The translations under genes were made by a program, and so were the position numbers. This document shows positions 45,735-51,731 of a DNA stretch of 51,731 nt, one piece after another (the first letter of the stretch is position 1; each line of letters opens with the position of its first letter). Origin of the DNA: a virus. Under the pieces are notes generated by a model. That model was not told the origin of the DNA and made no database searches. It saw only the letters and a program-made list of their open reading frames with translations. The stretch is from the IMG/VR virus record IMGVR_UViG_3300045988_035990. One strand, written 5' to 3'.

Positions 45735-47051
45735 ATGGGACTTTTAATCGGTGTCGGCAACACAAAGCCGACCTTTCCTTATGATTATTATTATGGCGTG
45801 GAATGGGACATCACGGTGTCCAATCCCAAGCCAACACGCGTTGGCAAGATGGAGTTGCACAAGGAATTGCCATTGCAAAACATGATGCGCAATTGCATCT
45901 TGGATGACAACGGCAAGGTTGTGTATTACCTTAACGCCAACGATTCGACAAAGCGCGACACAGGCGCGGCGGCAGACTTGACGGGCAAGGATGGCATGAT
46001 GGAAACGGAATTGCCGGATATGTACGTTCGTTTTGAAATGGATGGCAACAAATGTCGCCATTTGCAGAGTACACAACCATTGCCCGGATTCCATCTTTGG
46101 CGCAAAGGCTATGTTTCAAGCGTTGAAGCAACGGTTCAACGTTCAACAAACAAGCTGGCATCCGTTTGTTCAACCGATGTTGATTATCGTGGAGGCAATA
46201 ACAACGCAAGTTATGATGGAACGTATCGTTCATTCCTTGGCTTGCCCGCAACATCCATTTCATTGAATGATTTCCGCGCAAAGGCGCGCAATCGTGGTTC
46301 GGTGGAATGGAACGCGAATCTTTACAGGATGCACAAGATGTTGTGGTGGTTGTTCGTGGTTGAATATTGCACATTCAACACGCAAGACAAGTTCAATGCG
46401 GAACTTGACGAAAACGGATTCCATCAAGGCGGATTGGGTGATGGTGTTACAACATGGGATTGGGGTTCATGGTCAACGCACAATGGAAACAATCCAATCA
46501 TTCCATGTGGTGTTACAAATGCGCTTGGCAACCATTCGGGAACGGTTGACTATTCCGTTCATGGCGAAGATGATGCAGTAAAGAAAACATTCGCCGTGCC
46601 GCGTTATCGTGGTATTGAAAACCCATTCGGTCACATTTGGAAGTGGACGGACGGAATCAAGATAATCATCCAAAGCGAAGCGGCGGGCGGTTTATCCAAG
46701 ATGTACATTTGCTATGACCCATCCAAGTTCACAAATTCGGGTGTCGGCAATTATGAGTATCGCGGCGACATTTCGCGAAAAGAGGGATATGTAAAACAAC
46801 TTGTCCTTGGCGAAGATGGCGACATTATGCCGTTGGCGGTAGGTGCTGGAAGTACAACGTTCTTTTGCGACTACTTTTATACAAACATCCCGGCATCCGG
46901 AGAATCGGAACGTGGTGTTTTGTTCGGCGGTAATGCGAGGAATGGTGCGTATGCGGGGTTCGTGTGCGCGGTGACGAATGACGCGCCTACGGATGCGAGT
47001 GCGCATTTCGGTTCTCGGCTTTGCTTTGACCCGCAAATCGAAGCGGCTTGA
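45735..47051 (+). CDS. DGR target protein 1 (C-type lectin / FGE-like C-terminus carrying VR1)
   Basis: 438 aa ending ...GVLFGGNARNGAYAGFVCAVTNDAPTDASAHFGSRLCF. Confidence 0.85.
   Translation: MGLLIGVGNTKPTFPYDYYYGVEWDITVSNPKPTRVGKMELHKELPLQNMMRNCILDDNGKVVYYLNANDSTKRDTGAAADLTGKDGMMETELPDMYVRFEMDGNKCRHLQSTQPLPGFHLWRKGYVSSVEATVQRSTNKLASVCSTDVDYRGGNNNASYDGTYRSFLGLPATSISLNDFRAKARNRGSVEWNANLYRMHKMLWWLFVVEYCTFNTQDKFNAELDENGFHQGGLGDGVTTWDWGSWSTHNGNNPIIPCGVTNALGNHSGTVDYSVHGEDDAVKKTFAVPRYRGIENPFGHIWKWTDGIKIIIQSEAAGGLSKMYICYDPSKFTNSGVGNYEYRGDISRKEGYVKQLVLGEDGDIMPLAVGAGSTTFFCDYFYTNIPASGESERGVLFGGNARNGAYAGFVCAVTNDAPTDASAHFGSRLCFDPQIEAA
46911..47026 (+). repeat. DGR variable repeat 1 (VR1)
   Basis: 116-nt ungapped alignment to TR 47123-47238. 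There are 16 mismatches, 14 at TR adenines and 2 at TR thymines. Confidence 0.9.
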
Positions 47052-47059
47052 AAAGCCGT
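47043..47059 (+). other. hairpin downstream of VR1 (candidate DGR target-recognition structure)
   Basis: cggct(t)-gaa-(a)agccg stem-loop, 17 nt after the end of VR1, overlapping the stop codon. Confidence 0.4.
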
Positions 47060-47122
47060 AAATCGACCCGCAAACCGATAAACGGGATTTGAAAGAAAAA
47101 AGAAATAATGGTTGTCCGATGT

Positions 47123-47238
47123 CGTGGTGTTTTGTTCAGCGGTAATGCGAATAATGGTGCGAATGCGGGGTTCGTGTACGCGAATACGAATAACACGCCT
47201 ACGAATGCGAATGCGAATATCGGTTCTCAGCTATGCTT
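47123..47238 (+). repeat. DGR template repeat (TR)
   Basis: Rich in AAT/AAC codons: aat aat ggt gcg aat ... aat acg aat aac acg cct acg aat gcg aat gcg aat atc. Confidence 0.9.
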
Positions 47239-47403
47239 GTAAAATAATATAGTTGCTAATCGGAAACCATGCCAATCATCCCATCCGGGGATGGTAAGTC
47301 GGGAAAGGAAGCCCGGCGGCAAAAAATAGAATATGTTGAACGGTTTTGGTAGGGCGCAAGCCCGAAGAATCCTATTATTCAAGCAAACAAGAAACTTTCA
47401 AGA
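47239..47403 (+). ncRNA. DGR spacer RNA region between TR and RT
   Basis: Non-coding 165 nt with hairpins ccatcc/ggatgg, cggg..cccg and gggc-gcaa-gccc (GNRA loop). Confidence 0.5.
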
Positions 47404-48501
47404 ATGAAAAGAATTGGCAACCTTTATGAAAAGGTCATCGCGATTGATAACTTGAAACTTGCGGACGAAAAAGCCCGCAAGGGCAAGTTGCATTCCTATG
47501 GCGTGCAGCAGCACGACAAGAACAGGGAAGCGAACATTCTTGCATTGCATGAAAGTTTGAAAAACGGAACTTTCAAGACATCCCAATATCACGTTTTCAC
47601 AATTTTTGAACCAAAGGAACGGCAAATCTATCAATTGCCATATTATCCCGACCGCATCTTGCATCATGCGGTGATGAACATTCTTGAACCAATATGGGTG
47701 TCCGTGTTCACGCACGACACATATTCATGTATCAAGGAACGCGGCATTCATGCGTGCGCCATGAGCGTGAAAAAGGCTTTGAGAAAAGACCCGGTCGGCA
47801 CGAAATATTGCTTGAAGATTGACGTTCGCAAGTTTTACCCATCAATCAACCACGAAGTGTTGAAAGGTGTGGTAAGGCGGAAAATAAAAGATGGTCGCCT
47901 TTTGGCGTTGCTGGATGAAATCATTGATTCCAACATCAACACGGACATTCCGATTCGGGATTTTGTCACCGACCCAAACACCGGGGAATTGGTGGCAACG
48001 TCCTTGAACGGCGTGCCGATTGGCAACTATCTTTCCCAATACTTTGCGAACCTTTTCTTGGCGTATTTCGACCATTGGTTGAAAGAAGAAAAGCGCGTGA
48101 AGTATTATTGGCGTTATGCCGATGACATCGTTGTTCTTGCACCGGACAAGGAATCCTTGCACGCGTTGTTGCGTGACATACGGGCATACATGAAGCGTTT
48201 GCAACTGAAAGTGAAACGCAACCATCAAGTGTTCCCGGTTGACGCGCGCGGAATTGATTTCCTTGGATTCGTGTTCTATCACGACCACACATTATTGCGC
48301 AAGTCAATAAAACAAAATCTTTGCCGCCGGGTGGCGAAGTTGAACAAGCGCAAGAAACAACCCACAAAGGCAGCTTACAAGCAAGCCATTTGCAGTTGGT
48401 GGGGTTGGTGCAAGTATTCGGATTCAATTCATTTATTCGACAAACTTTCAAAATCGTTTCCTTATGAAATTAAATTCAATCGAACCAAACGCGCATTATG
48501 A
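47404..48501 (+). CDS. DGR reverse transcriptase
   Basis: RYADDIVVL (YxDD) and GVPIGNYLSQYFANLFL, which is the [LIV]GxxxSQ motif characteristic of DGR RTs. Confidence 0.9.
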   Translation: MKRIGNLYEKVIAIDNLKLADEKARKGKLHSYGVQQHDKNREANILALHESLKNGTFKTSQYHVFTIFEPKERQIYQLPYYPDRILHHAVMNILEPIWVSVFTHDTYSCIKERGIHACAMSVKKALRKDPVGTKYCLKIDVRKFYPSINHEVLKGVVRRKIKDGRLLALLDEIIDSNINTDIPIRDFVTDPNTGELVATSLNGVPIGNYLSQYFANLFLAYFDHWLKEEKRVKYYWRYADDIVVLAPDKESLHALLRDIRAYMKRLQLKVKRNHQVFPVDARGIDFLGFVFYHDHTLLRKSIKQNLCRRVAKLNKRKKQPTKAAYKQAICSWWGWCKYSDSIHLFDKLSKSFPYEIKFNRTKRAL

Positions 48502-48853
48502 CATTGCGCATGGTATGCCCGCCGTGCTGGAAAAGGACAATGACGGGTCGGTGATTTATCGCGTGAACATCGCCGAAGAAAAAGCCATTCCGGAGGGTGA
48601 AAAGGAAGCCCGCCCGATTGGTTGGTCATGTTATGAAGTGCGCACGTTCGCAAAGCCTACAAAGGCAAACTTGAAGCGTGTATTCATCCGTTCAGTCATT
48701 GACGAAACGGCGGAATTTGACCTTGTAAATTCGTACAACAAGCACGTCATTGGCATTGCGCCGGATGAAAAGGCGGTTGCCGAATACAAGGAATATTTGA
48801 AGTTTACCGAAGATTTGGACAACCAAATCATTTCGGATTTGTCACACATCTAA
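48464..48853 (+). CDS. hypothetical protein overlapping the RT 3' end
   Basis: 129 aa, with no resemblance to Avd four-helix-bundle proteins that I can see. Confidence 0.5.
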   Translation: MKLNSIEPNAHYDIAHGMPAVLEKDNDGSVIYRVNIAEEKAIPEGEKEARPIGWSCYEVRTFAKPTKANLKRVFIRSVIDETAEFDLVNSYNKHVIGIAPDEKAVAEYKEYLKFTEDLDNQIISDLSHI

Positions 48854-48863
48854 AAAGAAGAAA

Positions 48864-49268
48864 ATGCCACGATTTAGCGATTCTAACATTGAATCGGACG
48901 CAATAATTGGTAAGGGAATAGACCTTGAAGAACTTTTTGACCGCCGCATTGTCATTGAGAAAATCAAGATTGTACCAACCAAGTTTCCGGGAAAGAATGC
49001 GTCCGGTATGCGTATGCAAGTTGTCATCAATGCCGAATTTATGGACACGCCCGATTCGGACGGCGACTTTTTCAAAAAGGATGCCAACGGAAAGGCAATT
49101 GGAACGCGGCGTTCCGTGTTCACCGGGAGCGACAATTTGATGTCGGAAATGAAGCAAGTGCAATCGCAATGGAAAACCGAACGCGTTTCCCAAGGGTTGC
49201 CCGCCGTTGATTTCGTTGTGTTTGATACGACAATCGCGAAAGTTGGCAAAATGTTTCATTTTACATGA
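48864..49268 (+). CDS. hypothetical protein
   Basis: 134 aa. Confidence 0.5.
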   Translation: MPRFSDSNIESDAIIGKGIDLEELFDRRIVIEKIKIVPTKFPGKNASGMRMQVVINAEFMDTPDSDGDFFKKDANGKAIGTRRSVFTGSDNLMSEMKQVQSQWKTERVSQGLPAVDFVVFDTTIAKVGKMFHFT

Positions 49269-49278
49269 TTTTACGATT

Positions 49279-49887
49279 ATGACATCAAACATTCATTCAA
49301 CAATAGTTCCTATCTTGGCAAGATACATGATGACCGCATTCGGCGCGTGTTTCGCCATCATCAAGCCGACATTCCCGTTCATCTTTGTGTGTACGCTTGC
49401 GGTGCTTGCTGATTGTTACACCGCATGGTCGTTGAGCCGGAGAGTGAAGAAACGTTTTCCCGGTGCGAATGATGGAAAGTTCAAATCCCATTATGCCGGG
49501 CGCGTGTTCCGAACACTTATCAAGGTGTATGCCTTGACCGTCCTTGTTCACTTGATGGACGTGATGGTGTTCCCGGAAGTGTCTTTGCATTTGCCGCAAA
49601 TTGTAGCCGGGTCAGTATGCTTTTGGCAAGTGTGGTCAATGCTGGAAAACGAATCGTCTTGCAATGATGCGAAATGGGCAATCATCGCCCAACGCATCAT
49701 GGTTGACAAGACCGAACGCCATTTTGACATTGACTTGCATGAGTTGAAAGAACACAAACCAACGCCGCCGATGGATGGCGTGCCGTGTGCCAATACATTT
49801 TGCGTGTTCCGTGGTGGCGGTTCTTGCGACCCGCCAAAGTGTGAATTGTATGTAAAACCAAAAACAAACGATAATGGCGGACATTAA
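49279..49887 (+). CDS. holin (LL-H / holin_4_1-like) with a Cys-rich C-terminal tail
   Basis: Three or more TM helices and [18 protein letters not shown] at 49279. Confidence 0.65.
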   Translation: MTSNIHSTIVPILARYMMTAFGACFAIIKPTFPFIFVCTLAVLADCYTAWSLSRRVKKRFPGANDGKFKSHYAGRVFRTLIKVYALTVLVHLMDVMVFPEVSLHLPQIVAGSVCFWQVWSMLENESSCNDAKWAIIAQRIMVDKTERHFDIDLHELKEHKPTPPMDGVPCANTFCVFRGGGSCDPPKCELYVKPKTNDNGGH

Positions 49888-50449
49888 GAATTTGATTCCG
49901 TTCATCCTCAAATGGGAGGGCGGATTTGCGAACGACCCGACCGACCGGGGCGGCGCAACCAACAAAGGCGTGACAATCGCGACTTATGAAGCGTATTGCA
50001 AGAAGGAAGGTTTGCCCCGTCCATCGGTGGCGGACTTGAAACACATTTCGGATGCCCATTGGCGTGACATCATCAAGACGATGTTTTGGGATAAATGGCG
50101 CGCCGATGACATCCATTCCCAAAAGGTCGCAAACATCCTTGTTGATTGGGTTTGGGCATCCGGCATTCACGGCATCAAGAAACCACAAGCATTGCTTGGC
50201 GTTGTCGCGGATGGTATCGTTGGCAACAAAACATTGTCGGCGGTCAACTTTGCCGACCCCGACCAACTTTTTGAAGCCATATTCAAAGAACGCGTGAAGT
50301 TCATCAATGGGATTGTTTCGCGTTCCGTTGTGGCATACGAAAAGAAGATTGGGCGCAAGGCAACTGAAAAGGAGTTGTTGAAGTACACACAAAAGCGGTT
50401 CTTGTCCGGATGGATGAACCGATTGAACGACATCAAAAAGTTGCGATGA
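49874..50449 (+). CDS. endolysin, glycoside hydrolase family 108 with a PG-binding domain
   Basis: [24 protein letters not shown] (EGG...DxxDxGGxTxxG). Confidence 0.8.
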   Translation: MADIKNLIPFILKWEGGFANDPTDRGGATNKGVTIATYEAYCKKEGLPRPSVADLKHISDAHWRDIIKTMFWDKWRADDIHSQKVANILVDWVWASGIHGIKKPQALLGVVADGIVGNKTLSAVNFADPDQLFEAIFKERVKFINGIVSRSVVAYEKKIGRKATEKELLKYTQKRFLSGWMNRLNDIKKLR

Positions 50450-50450
50450 T

Positions 50451-51017
50451 ATGAAACAGGCATTGAAATTCATCGCGCTTTGTCTTGTCGCGTTACTGAT
50501 TGCCGCGTGTTCGACATCGCGCAAGCTGGAGAAGAACACCGACAAGGTTGTTGCGGATAGTGTGTCGGAAAGCATTTCCAAGGTCGCGGATGTTTCCAAG
50601 GTCGTTGACACGACCAAGACCGAATCCGGGGAATCCATCATCACGGAAATAATCTTTTTCGGAGATTCAGCGCGCGCGCCGGATTTGCCCGAACTGATTA
50701 TTGACAAGGACGGAAAGATGACCATCAAGGGCGGAAAGGGCGTGAAAAGCATCAAGCAAACCGCCATCCGGTCAAACGTGGTGAAGAATGGAAAGACAAC
50801 GGAAAAGGAACGCAACACCACGACCAAGGACAAAGCGACCGTCCACAAGGAGAAGAAACACAACGAAGTTGCAAAGACAAGCAGACGTTCAAATGTATGG
50901 ACGTGGGCAATCGCCGCATCAATCGTTGCCGTTCCTGTCTTGTTCATGCGGTACAGAAAGCCAATATTGGCATGGTTGCGCAAGTTGCTTGCATCCATGC
51001 GCAAGGATTTGGAATAA
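50451..51017 (+). CDS. unimolecular spanin-like lipoprotein
   Basis: Lipobox LIAAC at the N-terminus and a C-terminal TM helix WTWAIAASIVAVPVLFM. Confidence 0.55.
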   Translation: MKQALKFIALCLVALLIAACSTSRKLEKNTDKVVADSVSESISKVADVSKVVDTTKTESGESIITEIIFFGDSARAPDLPELIIDKDGKMTIKGGKGVKSIKQTAIRSNVVKNGKTTEKERNTTTKDKATVHKEKKHNEVAKTSRRSNVWTWAIAASIVAVPVLFMRYRKPILAWLRKLLASMRKDLE

Positions 51018-51023
51018 ATTTTG

Positions 51024-51031
51024 TATCTTTG
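51024..51031 (+). promoter_or_regulatory. -7 box TATCTTTG after the last lysis gene
   Basis: Matches TAnnTTTG, 7 nt after the spanin stop codon. Confidence 0.35.
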
Positions 51032-51036
51032 CATCA

Positions 51037-51050
51037 CATTGTTGCGAAAG
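51037..51050 (-). promoter_or_regulatory. CTTTCGCAACAATG motif, copy 7 (minus strand, ATG followed directly by TGA)
   Basis: The minus strand reads ggggctttcgcaacaATGtga. On the plus strand it is the exact complement of the motif found at the start codons. Confidence 0.5.
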
Positions 51051-51078
51051 CCCCTTGCATCGCACGGGGAACAATGTT

Positions 51079-51111
51079 GAAGCCCGGTTCATCGCCGGGC
51101 TTCTTTCGTTT
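51079..51111 (+). terminator. rho-independent terminator of the lysis operon
   Basis: gaagcccgg-ttcatcg-ccgggcttc followed by tttcgttt. Confidence 0.75.
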
Positions 51112-51213
51112 GGTATGTACACGGATTTTCTTGTTTTTGGACAATCGGGTAGGAGGTAAATGCTAATCATAAAAGGCATTTACCTCCTATTTTCACATTT
51201 ACCGACCTCCCAC

Positions 51214-51245
51214 ACCACCGTACGTGCGGTTCCGCATACGGCGGT
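51214..51245 (-). ncRNA. group II intron domain V
   Basis: ACCGCCGUAUGCG-GAAC-CGCACGUACGGUGGU. The stem has the canonical 2-nt AC bulge and a CGC catalytic triad as in IIC introns. Confidence 0.8.
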
Positions 51246-51692
51246 TTCGTGCTTTCTCATCTTGCGATGTGTGGCAAGTTGTTTTCAGCTATCCCTATGA
51301 GTAGCGTCACTTCTATCCTATTGTCGGATTCCGTCCTATCGTCCTGGATAGAGAGTTCCTTTCGGACATCTGACGAGGTGTCTCACAAGGTAACATTCAT
51401 TTACTATTGCACTGCACGATTCAGTCCTTCCCTATAAGCACACGTGCCTTGGGTACTATGACCTCTGCTGACTTCTCACGGCAAGCTTTACTCCATGGCT
51501 TTCGTAAGCAACTAATCGTCATGTCCGTGAGACCTCCTCGGATAAGGGCTTATTCTTTCCATCTTATACCCACTTCATTTACACCAACCATTCCGAATAG
51601 CTATAGGACTTTGATTTGTTTGGCAATCTCATCCATGGTCAAATGCCTTATATGAAGTTTCTGTACGTTAGGTCAGATGTTTGCCGCCAGCT

Positions 51693-51731
51693 TCTTTCAG
51701 ATTCCACCTCGCAGTGGACACCCTTGCTATT
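51693..51731. repeat. terminal direct repeat, copy 2 of 2
   Basis: Identical to 1-39. Confidence 0.95.

Larger units (their letters stand above)
51149..51731 (-). ncRNA. group II intron (class C-like), domains I (rest) to VI. The 3' boundary is approximate.
   Basis: The minus strand contains AAGCUGGCGGCAAAC, AACUUCAUAUAAGGC, AUGGAUGAG, CAAAGUCCU, GUAAAUGAAG, GGAGGUCU, GAAGUCAGCAGAGGUCAUAGUACCC, GGGAAGGAC and domain V. No ORF of 60 aa or more is present. Confidence 0.7.

Noticed and set aside
47108-47242. 44-codon ORF covering the template repeat (MVVRCRGVLFSGNANNGANAGFVYANTNNTPTNANANIGSQLCL)
   Set aside because: It is open only because the TR copies the frame of the target gene. DGR TRs act as RNA templates, and there is no independent coding evidence.
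49697-51037. 446-aa ORF on the minus strand
   Set aside because: It is fully antisense to the holin, GH108 endolysin and spanin genes, which have clear motifs. The protein is low-complexity with no recognisable domain. Long antisense ORFs are expected by chance opposite real genes.
51150-51194. Hairpin plus TTTT read as a second plus-strand terminator
   Set aside because: It is not rejected outright but is not called as a terminator. A stronger terminator already ends the lysis operon at 51079-51111, and this hairpin occupies the expected domain VI position of the minus-strand intron. The ambiguity is reported as a finding.

Overview
The window reads as the complete genome of a temperate siphovirus-like phage of a Bacteroidota host. 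Bases 1-39 are identical to 51693-51731, so the unique length is 51,692 bp and the molecule is probably circular or circularly permuted. Host assignment rests on TAnnTTTG -7 promoter boxes, the lack of Shine-Dalgarno sequences, and a Bacteroides-style tyrosine integrase.

Modules in order:
- Lysogeny, minus strand (integrase, HTH proteins, a lipoprotein moron, an XRE repressor), then a divergent immunity region.
- Early, recombination and replication genes on the plus strand: SMC/Rad50-like ATPase, RecT, MBL nuclease, DUF4373 replication organizer, DnaC-like loader, Rha/KilAC, two DNA methyltransferases, DEDDh exonuclease, MazG, SSB, RuvC-like resolvase.
- Packaging (ParB-like, TerS, TerL, portal, MuF).
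- An 8-gene orphan operon on the opposite strand.
- Head, tail and tape-measure genes, Dit, and a large tail fibre.
- A diversity-generating retroelement (DGR).
- Lysis genes (holin, GH108 endolysin, u-spanin-like lipoprotein).

Most notable observations:
1. The DGR template repeat matches two variable repeats. One is in the adjacent tail-module target. The other lies about 38 kb away in a small, apparently cytoplasmic early gene, and there every mismatch falls on a TR adenine.
2. An ORF-less class C (IIC) group II intron sits directly after the integrase terminator and runs across the window junction.
3. A G7 homopolymer breaks the reading frame of the C5 methyltransferase at motif I.
4. Three recurrent short regulatory motifs are present: a GTGTTT-N7-AAACAC palindrome at module boundaries, CTTTCGCAACAATG abutting start codons, and TTCGTGTAC arm-type repeats next to int.

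All functional calls rest on motif recognition by eye. No database search or RNA folding was run.
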